Shown here: one piece after another, positions 1 to 10,228 of the stretch
Numbering within the stretch: the stretch's first letter is position 1
How the letters are laid out: every line of letters begins with the position of its first letter
Origin: Deltaproteobacteria bacterium
GTDB lineage: Bacteria; Desulfobacterota; JAENJC01
DNA length: 64,000 nt
Assembly (NCBI GenBank): GCA_030646755.1
Contig: JAUSKU010000092.1
Coordinates: 14,270-78,269, forward strand
Reading direction: 5' to 3'
The notes under the pieces: generated by a model
Seen by the model: only the letters and a program-made list of their open reading frames with translations
The model's database searches: none
Told to the model about the DNA's origin: nothing
Position numbers and translations under genes: made by a program

Positions 1-651
1 AACAGCATCAAGAACTGGCAGATACTAAAGGAGCACAATAAGCTGGTCGGTTCAAAAATGAACAATATCGTTAAAGCCTTGGGGAATTGCATCTTGCCTA
101 CCGCAGAGCTTGAGAAAGCAGCTATATGGCACGACTCAGGGAAGGCCCATGTGAAGTTTCAGGAATTTTTGTGCGGGGATGATGAGGCAAAAATGAAAGA
201 AGCAATCTGGGCAAAGTCTCCTTTCAGAAACCGAAAACACAAAAGGCCTTATTTCCGGCATGAGCTTGCCAGCGGGCTTGCGGCGCTCCAGAACGGGCAA
301 AGCGACCTTGTGGCATATCTTGCCGCGGCCCATCACGGGAAGGTGCGGCTGTCAATCCGCTCTCTTCCGGGAGAGAAAATACCGGACGACTCAAAGACCC
401 GTTTTGCGCGGGGCATTTGGGAAGGCGATGAACTGCCGCCAACCAAGCTTGCCGACGGTGTGATGATGGACAGGACTGTTCTGGATCTGGAGCCGATGGA
501 AATGGGAACTGGCAAAAACGGCCCCAGTTGGCTTGCCAGAACATTAAAACTGCGGGACGACTATGGACCATTTCGCCTTGCATATTTGGAGGCGCTGTTA
601 AAGGCCGCAGATGAAAGGGGGAGCAGAGAACAGGAGGCAGGCCATGAGTAA
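1..651 (+). CDS. cas3: Type I-G Cas3, C-terminal HD nuclease domain (5'-truncated by window edge)
   Basis: Frame open from base 1. EH, WHDSGKAH, FRHELASG, AHHGKVR and LEALLKAAD motifs of the Cas3 HD domain; a C-terminal HD domain is typical of type I-G. Confidence 0.9.
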   Translation, partial: NSIKNWQILKEHNKLVGSKMNNIVKALGNCILPTAELEKAAIWHDSGKAHVKFQEFLCGDDEAKMKEAIWAKSPFRNRKHKRPYFRHELASGLAALQNGQSDLVAYLAAAHHGKVRLSIRSLPGEKIPDDSKTRFARGIWEGDELPPTKLADGVMMDRTVLDLEPMEMGTGKNGPSWLARTLKLRDDYGPFRLAYLEALLKAADERGSREQEAGHE

Positions 652-2812
652 TACCATCCGACTTGAAGGCTGCCGCCCTGAACCGTTGGCCCATTATCTG
701 AAGGCGCTTGCTGTCTTGCGCCTGGTCGCAGAACAGACAGACAGTGAAGCTGCCGGCTTCTGGGATGGGGACACATTCTGCCTCAACACAAGATTAACTG
801 AACAGGAGTTGGCTGAGTTCTTTCTGAAAGACTACACTCCAACGCCGATCATCGCACCGTGGAACGGTGGTAGCGGTTTTTATTATCAGGAAGAAAAGCT
901 CAAGGATAAAGACCCTATAACTGGCAAGCGGAAAAAGACCGGGCAGCGGAATCAGCCCACAGAGGCAACTAAAACCGTTGAACGATTGTTAAACAGCAAA
1001 TCTGAGCGGCTGTCCAATTATCGGAAAGTTCTTTCTGCAGCAAAACAAACCATTCAGTACTTGGGACTTGACGAAGCACCAAAAGACGACGGTAAATACG
1101 ATTTGCTTACCTCACTTCGGGGACGTTTACCCGAAGAAGCTTTAGCCTGGTTTGATGCAGCTGTATTGTTGGGAACAGAAAAAACCGGTTTTCCCCCGCT
1201 TCTTGGGACGGGTGGAAACGATGGCAATTTAGATTTCAGCAATAACTTCATGCAGCGGATAGTAGACATACTTGATGTAGATAGCGGTACTCCGCAATCT
1301 GAAGCAGTCAAATGGCTTAAAACTGCTCTATTTTCTGCAACAATGCCGGGTTTACAGCGCGACTCGGCAGTTGGACAATTCTACCCAGGTGCCGCTGGCG
1401 GCGCTAACGGTACGGCAGGGTTTGATGCCAAATCAATGCTCAACCCCTGGGACTTTTTACTTATGATAGAGGGTTCATTGGCTTTCGTGGCCGCCTCAAC
1501 AAAAAAACTGGGCAACAGATATGACGGCACCCTCAGTTATCCATTTACGTTCAGAGCTTCAGGTGTTAATTATGCAAGCGCCGATAAAAATGATGAAGAC
1601 CCGCGGGGAGAAATCTGGATGCCACTTTGGGAAAAACCTGCCGGAATTTCTGAAATAATGACGCTGTTTGCTGAAGGTCGAGCCACTGTTAACAGAAGAC
1701 AGGCTGTCAATGGAGTTGATTTTGCCCGTGCCGTCGCTACGCTCGGAACAGATCGTGGAATAACAGCATTCAACCGTTTTGGTTTTCAAAAAAGAAATGG
1801 CAAGGCCTACTTCGCTAATCCATTGGGTCGCTGGAAGGTGAACCCTGTCCCTGAAACCAACCTTATCTCTGAAATCGATGGATGGCTTGACAAATTCCGC
1901 CGCGCTGCATCGGGAGACAACGCTCCTGCAAGTATAGGACGCGCTTTACGAGATGTCGAATCCGCGATAATGGAACTTTGCCGCAGTGGCGCGAAAAGAA
2001 ATGCGCAGGCGCTTTGTATCGCGTTTGGAAAGGCAGAGCAGGCCCTGGCAAGGAGCAGCAGTTTTAGCAAGAAAGCGTTTGTCAAACCTATTCCGCTTCT
2101 TTCTGCAAACTGGCTGACCGCCTGTGATGACAACTCTTTGGAGTTCCGCCTTGCCAGTGCATTGGCTTCTGCGGCTATTCGAGAGAATATGGAACCTGTC
2201 CGAGTGAACAGATGGGTCGGTTGGGATGAAAACGACAAGCCGACCCACGTTGTCTGGGGAGAAGGGCGTTTGACTGAAAAGCTCATCTCAGTATTGGAGC
2301 GCCGCATAATTGACAGCAACAGCGATGATAAATATCAGGCATTCACGGCCTACTCAAGCCGTCCGGCTGAGCTTTCCGATATTGCGGCATTCATTAGAGG
2401 AGAGGTTGACGAAACCAGGCTGGAAGACCTATTGTGGGGGCTTAATCTTATAGACTGGCGCAGTGTTGAATATAAAAATAATCCGAGGGAAGAGGGTCGA
2501 CCTATTCCTATTGCATACGCTATGTTGAAGCTTTGTTTCCTCCCCGGTCTGCTTGACGATATAAAGATTCCCGTTCAGCCTGCCATTATTGCAAGGGCCA
2601 AAGCAGGCGATGCCCCGGCGGCCTCAAGGCTTTCCAGTAACCGCCTGACCGCCAGCGGTTTTGTGCCGAGAGTAAAAGGGATTTCAGAAGATCAGCAGAT
2701 TCTGCGGAGATGCGCTGCAGCCCTTTTGTTCCCGATAAAAAGAGAGGGTATACAGTTATTAGCCGGTATGGTTTTGCAACCAACCCAAAAATCGCAACAA
2801 AAAGGAGAATGA
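644..2812 (+). CDS. cas8g: Type I-G large subunit Cas8g (Csx17)
   Basis: GCRPEPLAHYLKAL start, PWNGGSGF, PLLGTGGNDGNLDFSNNF and NPWDFLLMIEG motifs; GGAGG RBS before ATG 644. Confidence 0.9.
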   Translation: MSNTIRLEGCRPEPLAHYLKALAVLRLVAEQTDSEAAGFWDGDTFCLNTRLTEQELAEFFLKDYTPTPIIAPWNGGSGFYYQEEKLKDKDPITGKRKKTGQRNQPTEATKTVERLLNSKSERLSNYRKVLSAAKQTIQYLGLDEAPKDDGKYDLLTSLRGRLPEEALAWFDAAVLLGTEKTGFPPLLGTGGNDGNLDFSNNFMQRIVDILDVDSGTPQSEAVKWLKTALFSATMPGLQRDSAVGQFYPGAAGGANGTAGFDAKSMLNPWDFLLMIEGSLAFVAASTKKLGNRYDGTLSYPFTFRASGVNYASADKNDEDPRGEIWMPLWEKPAGISEIMTLFAEGRATVNRRQAVNGVDFARAVATLGTDRGITAFNRFGFQKRNGKAYFANPLGRWKVNPVPETNLISEIDGWLDKFRRAASGDNAPASIGRALRDVESAIMELCRSGAKRNAQALCIAFGKAEQALARSSSFSKKAFVKPIPLLSANWLTACDDNSLEFRLASALASAAIRENMEPVRVNRWVGWDENDKPTHVVWGEGRLTEKLISVLERRIIDSNSDDKYQAFTAYSSRPAELSDIAAFIRGEVDETRLEDLLWGLNLIDWRSVEYKNNPREEGRPIPIAYAMLKLCFLPGLLDDIKIPVQPAIIARAKAGDAPAASRLSSNRLTASGFVPRVKGISEDQQILRRCAAALLFPIKREGIQLLAGMVLQPTQKSQQKGE

Positions 2813-2814
2813 AC

Positions 2815-3783
2815 ATGAGTATTAATCTTGATGCACTGAAAACAGTACCACGCCTGCTTATCGAGGCCGAACTCGCCCCCGTCCAGGGGAGCCGCTTTCA
2901 ACCAACGGGGTTCCCCGACCTTGGCGCCGCAACCTACACCCTGCATGATGGCACGGAGATGTGTCTCGTGGAATCGGCACAGAGCATGGCAAACCGCTTG
3001 GAGGCCGTTTGCTGGGATGGCGCGAATAGTGAGCTGATAGACCCGCTGAAGGGCATCCCATATATTAAGGTTGTGGAGGATGGCAAAACAGTTACAACCT
3101 CCATTCTTGATGCCCATCGGATGAATTCTCCATATATACTTGAAGGCGAAGACAAGAGTTTTTTGGAGACAATCAAAAAAGAAATTAATACAGCCAGTGA
3201 CCGTCCCGTGGATATGAGGGCACTAGCAAAATTTGTCTACAAGTACGACACAAATGCCCTGTTACACGGGATATTCATAGCTAAAAGTGATCTGGCAGGC
3301 GGGAGGTTTAAGATAGCGAGGTCACTCTCTTCTTTTATAGAAGCTCGCGGGATAAATGTAGTGGCATCCGGCGGAGTGAAAAATGACCCTGTTAACCCTT
3401 CCGGCGACACAGCCAAAGGTTACGGCAATGTTCCTTTTCACCGGGATGAGTATACTGCCCAGCAGATTACGGCATACTTCAATCTTGATTTAGCTCAGAT
3501 CCGTGGGTTCGGTTTGGGCGGAAATGCTGAAACTCTGCTGATTACACTGGCATTGTTTAAGATACAAAAGTTTCTACAGGAAGGCCTTCGTCTACGGACT
3601 GCTTGCGATTTGAAAGCAGTGTCAATTCAGGTTAAACAGCCAGCAAACTTCGTATTATCACCTCTCGAAGACCTAGGCATGGAGCTGCCAAAGTTAATTT
3701 CATCCTCGGCTGGTTTCGCAGAACCTAAAGTAACAACAGTAAAGTTTTCTCCGTCTAAGCCGAAAAAGGAGGTCATTGCATGA
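2815..3783 (+). CDS. csb1: Type I-G Cas7-like backbone protein Csb1
   Basis: RFQPTGFPDLG, ESAQSMANRLE, SGGVKND and LRLRTACDL motifs; AGGAG RBS. Confidence 0.9.
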   Translation: MSINLDALKTVPRLLIEAELAPVQGSRFQPTGFPDLGAATYTLHDGTEMCLVESAQSMANRLEAVCWDGANSELIDPLKGIPYIKVVEDGKTVTTSILDAHRMNSPYILEGEDKSFLETIKKEINTASDRPVDMRALAKFVYKYDTNALLHGIFIAKSDLAGGRFKIARSLSSFIEARGINVVASGGVKNDPVNPSGDTAKGYGNVPFHRDEYTAQQITAYFNLDLAQIRGFGLGGNAETLLITLALFKIQKFLQEGLRLRTACDLKAVSIQVKQPANFVLSPLEDLGMELPKLISSSAGFAEPKVTTVKFSPSKPKKEVIA

Positions 3784-5366
3784 TAGCCATCTCCTTTAAG
3801 TTTACGGGGGGCGGGTATCACGCCACTCCGTGGGGGAGGCATGTGAATGAAGGGGCAGTTGAGTGGCCGCCTTCGCCGTGGCGTATCCTGCGGGCTCTGC
3901 TTGCGACAGGGTATAATAAGCTTGGATGGGAGACTGGAAAGCCGGCATCCGAGGCGACAACCCTCATGGAGAAACTTGCGTCAGCGCCGCCTTCATTTAA
4001 CCTGCCGCCTGCGTCACTTGGACATGCGCGCTATTTCATGCCTGCACCTGAGACAAAGACGAAGATTTTTGACGCCTTTGTTGCCATCTCTCCTGAAGAA
4101 TCATTGGTTGCCATATGGGGCGATGTTGAACTAAGCCCGGATGAGACACAGTTGCTGGAGCGGCTTCTATCATCCCTTTCTTATCTTGGTCGTGCAGAAT
4201 CATGGGTAACTGCCAGCCTGCTCGACAAATGGGACGGCAATGCCAACTGCGTACCTTTAAATGGTCACGATATAAAGGAAGGCCAGCAGGTCCGTTTGCT
4301 TGCTGCGCAACCTTCCGAAGACTATAACTCATGGCGCACCGGATTTATTGAGGCTCAGGGGATAAAAGAGGGTGGTAAGAAGAAGGGTAAAGGTGTTTTT
4401 ACCGTGCCGGAAAGCATCTGGCATGTTCTTCATGCCGATACCGCCGAGCTTCAAAAAGAAGGCTGGTCAGTCCCCCCCGGCAGCCGCTGGGTTGAATATC
4501 TTTGTCCAGACGAGCTGTTTTCCGTCGCATACAGCCCTGTGAGAAAATCCGTGTTCCGTCCCACAGTTGCCCGTTATGCCCTCTCCGGTTCCGTCCTCCC
4601 GTTGTTTACTGATGCTCTCTTTCTTGGTGAACGGATGAGGCAGGCTCTGATGCATCATTCTAAGCGGATTAGCGGGGAAGAACATGCCCATCCTGTCTTT
4701 TCGGGCAAGACTGTGGATGGTAAAGCCGGCAAAGACTCCCATAAACACTCTTTTTATCTACCGGCAGATGACGACGGAGATGGACGGATAGACCACATCA
4801 CGGTATACGCATCCGATGGTTTCGATGATGCAGCTCAAAAGGCGCTTGGCGCTGTCAGGAAACTTTGGGGCAGCAGCGGTCACGATATCTACCTGGCCCT
4901 TGTAGGATTAGGAGAGGGGCCGACATATGGAGGATTCAATGTAAATGATGGGCAGACTCAGCAGCTTGCCGAATCAACGGTATGGGAATCTCGTACTCCT
5001 TTCGTCCTTACCCGACATCTCAAGGTAAAGGGCAGTGAACGTCACGACCCGGATGTTTACAGACGTGCTTACAGACGTGAACTGGAGAAGACACTAACTT
5101 TTGAATTGCAGCGAATTCGTCCGGCCCTGCCGGAAATTCTTAGCATTGAACATATAAACAGCACCGTAAACTCAATCGGAAAGGCAGTTCCGTGGTATAG
5201 CTTCAGACGGCAGCGTACAAAAGGCGGCGGAACCAGGGCGTCATTTCAGGGGCATGGATTTCGGGTAATATTCGCTTCGCCCGTACAAGGCCCTCTCATG
5301 GCGGGTTACGGCTGCCACTTTGGTTTGGGGCTCTTTACCCCAACTACCTTGCAAATTAGAGTTTGA
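3780..5366 (+). CDS. csb2: Type I-G Cas5-Cas6 fusion Csb2
   Basis: YHATPW...EWPPSPWRILRAL, YLGRAESWV and a C-terminal G-rich loop GPLMAGYGCHFGLGLF. Confidence 0.92.
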   Translation: MIAISFKFTGGGYHATPWGRHVNEGAVEWPPSPWRILRALLATGYNKLGWETGKPASEATTLMEKLASAPPSFNLPPASLGHARYFMPAPETKTKIFDAFVAISPEESLVAIWGDVELSPDETQLLERLLSSLSYLGRAESWVTASLLDKWDGNANCVPLNGHDIKEGQQVRLLAAQPSEDYNSWRTGFIEAQGIKEGGKKKGKGVFTVPESIWHVLHADTAELQKEGWSVPPGSRWVEYLCPDELFSVAYSPVRKSVFRPTVARYALSGSVLPLFTDALFLGERMRQALMHHSKRISGEEHAHPVFSGKTVDGKAGKDSHKHSFYLPADDDGDGRIDHITVYASDGFDDAAQKALGAVRKLWGSSGHDIYLALVGLGEGPTYGGFNVNDGQTQQLAESTVWESRTPFVLTRHLKVKGSERHDPDVYRRAYRRELEKTLTFELQRIRPALPEILSIEHINSTVNSIGKAVPWYSFRRQRTKGGGTRASFQGHGFRVIFASPVQGPLMAGYGCHFGLGLFTPTTLQIRV

Positions 5367-5395
5367 CGAATTTACCACTGTTCTTTGACAAATGA

Positions 5396-6162
5396 ATATT
5401 GCCTCGGCAAAAGCCACGGCCCCATTGAAGCGACTACATCGAGCGCCTTAGTAATAGGGCGTTCCAGTGATTTCCGTGGCTGAAAAGCCACGGCCCCATT
5501 GAAGCAACGCCATATAAGAGAGATACTTTATTGGAACTTCCAGAATTTCCGTGGCTGAAAAGCCACGGCCCCATTGAAGCATATATTGCGGCATCGCTAT
5601 AGCCGCCCTGCCGGCGGCATTTCCGTGGCTGAAAAGCCACGGCCCCATTGAAGCGAGGCTGGCTTGGTATGCTATTCCGGCCCCTGCCCTCATTTCCGTG
5701 GCTGAAAAGCCACGGCCCCATTGAAGCGTTTCCATGCCGCCGGGTCAATAGTAACAACGTGCTTATATTTCCGTGGCTGAAAAGCCACGGCCCCATTGAA
5801 GCGTTTCCCACATCAAGCAGGCCTCGGAGGTTATAGATATTTCCGTGGCTGAAAAGCCACGGCCCCATTGAAGCGATGAGATTATGGACCTGGAAGAACT
5901 GGATATTTTAATTTCCGTGGCTGAAAAGCCACGGCCCCATTGAAGCGACACTATTCCAAGACTATTTGACAAGGAAGATGTCATTTCCGTGGCTGAAAAG
6001 CCACGGCCCCATTGAAGCAGCACCTGGTGAATAACCACTATGGCCGCGCTGATGTAATTTCCGTGGCTGAAAAGCCACGGCCCCATTGAAGCGTCAAGAC
6101 CAAGGAGCTGTTTGACACTTGCCTGACTCATTTCCGTGGCTGAAAAGCCACGGCCCCATTGA
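5396..6162 (+). CRISPR. CRISPR array: 36-bp repeat ATTTCCGTGGCTGAAAAGCCACGGCCCCATTGAAGC, 11 repeats (first 5'-degenerate, last 3'-truncated), 10 spacers of 36-39 bp
   Basis: Intact repeats start at 5470, 5545, 5619, 5692, 5767, 5839, 5911, 5983 and 6057; the truncated repeat starts at 6130. Internal hairpin CCGTGGCT-GAAA-AGCCACGG; the ATTGAAGC 3' end gives the orientation. Confidence 0.98.
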
Positions 6163-6177
6163 CTATGACCTCTGCTA

Positions 6178-6954
6178 CTATTTAAATATCTCGGCAAAGA
6201 ACATCCTCATCGCCTCCCAAGAGCGTCTATCGGCCTTTTCATCATATGCGACACCCTTGGATTTATCATTTTCAGACTCAGGATTGGTAAAGCTGTGGAC
6301 CGCACCGCCGTAAACTACAACCTGCCAATCCACCCCGGCCTTGCGCATCTCATCCTGAAAGGCCGCCATCTGCTCTGCTGTGACATAGGGGTCGTCCCCG
6401 CCATGAAGGACCAGGACCTTCCCCTTGATATTCGCAGCATCCTTTGGATCAGACGTATCAAGACCACCATGGAAGCTTACAAATCCTGCAAGGGGAGCGC
6501 CACTTCTCGCCAGTTCAAGGATGGTAGTCCCTCCAAAACAGTACCCTATTGCTGCCATCCGCTTTGTATCGGTCAATTCATGTTTCCTGAGAACCTCAAG
6601 CCCTGCATTGGCGCGCTCACGCATCAGCTTCCTGTCGCCCCTGTATTTGCCGGCCAGCGCTCCAGCCTCTTTTGCGTCCTTTGCAACCACTCCCTTCCCG
6701 TACATATCAAGGGCAAAGGCCACGTACCCGAGCCTGGCCAACTGCTCCGCACGCCTCTTCGAATACGCGTTATTCCCCCACCATTCATGAACAACCAGGA
6801 TGCCCGGCCGCTTCCCCTTGATGGAGGCGTCATAGGCAAGATAACCCTCCAGTACCGTGTCCCCATGCTTGTATTCAATAGTTTCAGTGCGCAGCTCGGC
6901 CCCGGCATTAACTGACCATAAACATAAGAAACATATTATCAGCAGATATCTCAT
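6178..6954 (-). CDS. Dienelactone hydrolase family protein with signal peptide
   Basis: HEWWG, GYCFGG nucleophile motif, YGGAVHSF. Confidence 0.9.
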   Translation of the reverse strand: MRYLLIICFLCLWSVNAGAELRTETIEYKHGDTVLEGYLAYDASIKGKRPGILVVHEWWGNNAYSKRRAEQLARLGYVAFALDMYGKGVVAKDAKEAGALAGKYRGDRKLMRERANAGLEVLRKHELTDTKRMAAIGYCFGGTTILELARSGAPLAGFVSFHGGLDTSDPKDAANIKGKVLVLHGGDDPYVTAEQMAAFQDEMRKAGVDWQVVVYGGAVHSFTNPESENDKSKGVAYDEKADRRSWEAMRMFFAEIFK

Positions 6955-7076
6955 AAAGACCTCCTTTTATTTACGTCAATTTTACACTTGAATTACCATC
7001 CGCGCAAAGTTCGGTGAAGGAGGTTTATTGGGAATGAGTAGAGGCGGATATTAACGGCAGTTAGTAGGGTGTTTAT

Positions 7077-7143
7077 GAGTTCTTCGGCTTTGCCTCAGAA
7101 TGACAAACACACGACTGTCATTCTGAGCGAAGCGAAGGGTCTC
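7077..7143. repeat. REP-like palindromic element (ctcagaatgac / gtcattctgagcgaagcgaa family)
   Basis: Inverted arms; related copies at about 39077-39131 and 53165-53191. Confidence 0.75.
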
Positions 7144-7158
7144 ATACTTGAATGTTGC

Positions 7159-7875
7159 CTATTGATATTTTCTGTATCTGTATCTGTATCTTATCTTAGG
7201 TATCATCATCAGGCTCTGCCTCATTATCCTGCTGTTAAAAGTAGACTGGCCGACGGTCCTGTCCTCAAATATTATGGGAAGCTCCTTGATCCTGAAACCC
7301 TTTCTGTGGGCCATGAAAAGTATTTCCTGAAGGATAGAGGGTCCTGTTGAGATAAGGTTATTTAGGTCTACTGCCTCTAAAACCTCTCTTCTGAATATCC
7401 TGAACCCGGAAGTGGCGTCTTTGTAGGGGAGGCCCAGGACAAGCCTTATATATAGGTTTGCACCCTTGGTTATCAATTGCCTGAGGGGTCCCCTCCCTGT
7501 CTCCCCCCCACCTTTCACCATTCTGGAGCCTATTAGCAGATCGCAATCTCCCATCTCTCTTAAAAAGCCTGAGATATAGGACGGATTGTGGGAGAAGTCC
7601 GCATCCATCTCTATGACAAACTCCACGCCATGCTTGACCGCATACTGGAAACCTTCTATTCCCGCAGTCCCCCTACCCCTCCGCCCTATGCGCCTCAGAA
7701 GATGGACCCTGGGGTCTCTTTTGGAGTACTCCTCCACGATCTTCCATGTCCCATCCGGGGAGTCGTCATCCACGACCACCACGCCTACATCATCCCCCTG
7801 GGCTAATATCTCGGTTATAAGCCTCTCTATATTTCCCGACTCGTTATAGGTCGGGACCATTGCCATAGCCCTCAT
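7159..7875 (-). CDS. GT2 polyprenol-phosphate mannosyltransferase-like glycosyltransferase
   Basis: VPTYNE, VDDDSPDGT, EMDADFSH, DATSGFR motifs. Confidence 0.9.
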   Translation of the reverse strand: MRAMAMVPTYNESGNIERLITEILAQGDDVGVVVVDDDSPDGTWKIVEEYSKRDPRVHLLRRIGRRGRGTAGIEGFQYAVKHGVEFVIEMDADFSHNPSYISGFLREMGDCDLLIGSRMVKGGGETGRGPLRQLITKGANLYIRLVLGLPYKDATSGFRIFRREVLEAVDLNNLISTGPSILQEILFMAHRKGFRIKELPIIFEDRTVGQSTFNSRIMRQSLMMIPKIRYRYRYRKYQ

Positions 7876-8984
7876 TTATGGACCCACTTCTCAAGCCTCT
7901 TTACCGCATCATATACCTCATCGACAGTGATAGTATTCATGCAGTTCACTTCCTTTTCGCAGTGCTTCTTGTAGCATGGAGCGCAGTCCACCTTCGGGGT
8001 TATCTTTTCCCCCCTTCCATATAACTCAATCTCCTGGGAGCAGGTGGAGCCAAAAATGGCAAGGACCTGCTTCTTTAATGCGATGGCGATATGCATCCCA
8101 AGGGTGTCCCCTGTCACAACCACGTCGCAGCCGTTGACAATCCCGCAGAATTCGAGGAGCGAGTTGTCAGAGCCAGTATCAATGGCCTTTCCCTTGGACC
8201 TTGAGAGTATCTCCTGGTTCTTCTCTTTTTCGGCCTTCCCTCCGAGAAGCAGGACCTTAACATGCCTTTCCTTGGCAAATCTTTCGATAAGAGCGACGTA
8301 ACCTTCGGTAGTCCAGTCCTTGTGCGCAAAGACCCCCCCTGCCCCGGTATTCAGCCCGATAACCATGTCTTGCTTCGTAACGCCAAAAGATTCAAGCTTC
8401 TTTCTTCCCCACTCCAGGAACCTTTCAGGGACCTCAAGGACATAATCATCCTTATGATAGTCAAGTTTGAGGGCATCAAAAATCAGCTCCTGATAAGCCT
8501 TCCTGTTCTGAAAGAATTTGAGTTCATCGGAGAGCCCCAGGGAAAAGTAATACTCCTCTTCCGGGTTAAGGGGATAAACCGTCCCAAATGGAGAAAGGCC
8601 TATACCCAGCTTCTCATGGGCAATGGTTGTCATGGCAAGGGCAGCCACCCTCGGCTCCTTGTCAAGTGATATGAGGACATCAAACTCCTCCACAGCTAGC
8701 CTTGCCAGCGCTGAGGCATCATATACAAGGAGGGTATTAATAAATGAGTTATAGCGCAGGAGATCGGCAACAGCAGGGTCTGTCACCCATGTGATATGGG
8801 AATGAGGATATTTCCTCTTGAGGCCGTGAAGTATAGGGGTGGTCCTCAGGACATCACCCATGGCTGCGTGTTTCAGGACCAGGATCCTTACACCCATAGA
8901 CCTGTAATCCTCGCACCCTTCACACATCCTTCCGAACTTGCAGGGTTTCTCTCCAAGATAATATATGCAGTCAAGTCTTATCAT
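7872..8984 (-). CDS. GT9 LPS heptosyltransferase family protein
   Basis: AMGDVLRTTP, TGDTLGMHIA, FGST, C-terminal CAPC motif. Confidence 0.9.
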   Translation of the reverse strand: MIRLDCIYYLGEKPCKFGRMCEGCEDYRSMGVRILVLKHAAMGDVLRTTPILHGLKRKYPHSHITWVTDPAVADLLRYNSFINTLLVYDASALARLAVEEFDVLISLDKEPRVAALAMTTIAHEKLGIGLSPFGTVYPLNPEEEYYFSLGLSDELKFFQNRKAYQELIFDALKLDYHKDDYVLEVPERFLEWGRKKLESFGVTKQDMVIGLNTGAGGVFAHKDWTTEGYVALIERFAKERHVKVLLLGGKAEKEKNQEILSRSKGKAIDTGSDNSLLEFCGIVNGCDVVVTGDTLGMHIAIALKKQVLAIFGSTCSQEIELYGRGEKITPKVDCAPCYKKHCEKEVNCMNTITVDEVYDAVKRLEKWVHK

Positions 8985-9009
8985 TAAAGAACCTCTTTTA
9001 TAGATTTAT

Positions 9010-9143
9010 CTCGCAAAGGCGCAAAGGCCGCAAAGTGTTTTTTGACACTGATTCACACTGATTTTAACATGATTTTCACTGTGCAAATCATAAGGAATCT
9101 GTGGTTATCTGTGTCTAATGCTTCCTCTGCGTCTCAGCGGTAA
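9010..9143. repeat. Composite intergenic repeat (cgcaaaggcgcaaag / cactgattcacactgattt / ctctgcgtctc motifs)
   Basis: The same motif types recur at 39024-39163, 40177-40297 and 56491-56562. Confidence 0.65.
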
Positions 9144-9145
9144 AT

Positions 9146-10228
9146 TTAATCTTTTTTCAGCTTAATCAAAAACAGGGACATAATTAAAATCAATGGTCCC
9201 GAAAATAGCGCAGGTATAGGGACTGACATTGATTCCATTGCAACCGCAATCCCTGCCGGTGAGGCAACCCATCCAACTACTGCCATTCCAGCGCCTATCT
9301 TGAATCCGGTGCCTATCCTGGAATCCACAGAAAACCAGACAATCAGCATAAGGATACCATAAAAAGAGACCGCAGTGTTATAGAAAACAGTTGATATAAG
9401 GCCTGTAAAAAAGCCTATGGGAAATAAGATAAGCAAGGCAAGAGATAAGGCAAATGCCGATAATGTGAACAAGAATATGGTCCTTTCCATCCTCCTGTCC
9501 CATAAAAGACCGGCAAATATGGCTGATACCGCATGGACGACGCCGTTCCAGAACCATCGCCCTTCCCATGTATGCCTGTAAAGCTCCTCCCTCTTGATCT
9601 CCAGGTGAAAAACAAAGGAATCAATTGCTACGAGAGCTGCAAGAAATAAGACAATTTTCAGGTATCCGCCGTGAAACTCACACGGGTCAGCGGATGGATG
9701 GATATCGGCCTTAGAGGACAAGCAGAGGGAGCCTATTATGACGGTAACGATCCCGTTTATCAGGGCAATCCGCTCAGGCATGGTTATAAAACCACCCATA
9801 AGATTGGCTGCAAGATATACCACGGCCATGATCCATCCTGCGGCGGTTCCACGCTTTTTGGCAGGCCAGGCCTCTACAACCCTTACAACAAGGACGCCAT
9901 TGATTCCCATCAGAAGGCCGATAGCAATGAAGAACGGAGTCAGAAGCCTGTGGTCATAAATAGTAATGGAATAGACAGCGGCAAATCCCTGGAGAATAGA
10001 TAAAAAGCAGGCTAGATTAAAGACCTTTCTCAAGGAAATTGAATATCTATCCAGAAGATACCCTGTCAAAATAGAGAGCGATGCGCCTGTAAGGGCCATA
10101 AGCCCAAGAGGGAGTCCCAGGGATTCTATGGATAGACCGAACCTTTTTTCAACCATACCGAGGAGGCTGAATTGAACAAAGGTTATATAGAAAATGAAGT
10201 TTGCAGAAATGAGGGAGGCGAGGGGCAT
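9146..10228 (-). CDS. MFS-like integral membrane protein
   Basis: About 11-12 hydrophobic segments; GYLLDRY and GLLWDRR resemble MFS loop motifs. Confidence 0.6.
   Translation of the reverse strand: MPLASLISANFIFYITFVQFSLLGMVEKRFGLSIESLGLPLGLMALTGASLSILTGYLLDRYSISLRKVFNLACFLSILQGFAAVYSITIYDHRLLTPFFIAIGLLMGINGVLVVRVVEAWPAKKRGTAAGWIMAVVYLAANLMGGFITMPERIALINGIVTVIIGSLCLSSKADIHPSADPCEFHGGYLKIVLFLAALVAIDSFVFHLEIKREELYRHTWEGRWFWNGVVHAVSAIFAGLLWDRRMERTIFLFTLSAFALSLALLILFPIGFFTGLISTVFYNTAVSFYGILMLIVWFSVDSRIGTGFKIGAGMAVVGWVASPAGIAVAMESMSVPIPALFSGPLILIMSLFLIKLKKD

Noticed and set aside
5434-6197. ORFs across the CRISPR array
   Set aside because: They are translations of the repeats (MGPWLFSHGN, LQWGRGFSATE), not genes.
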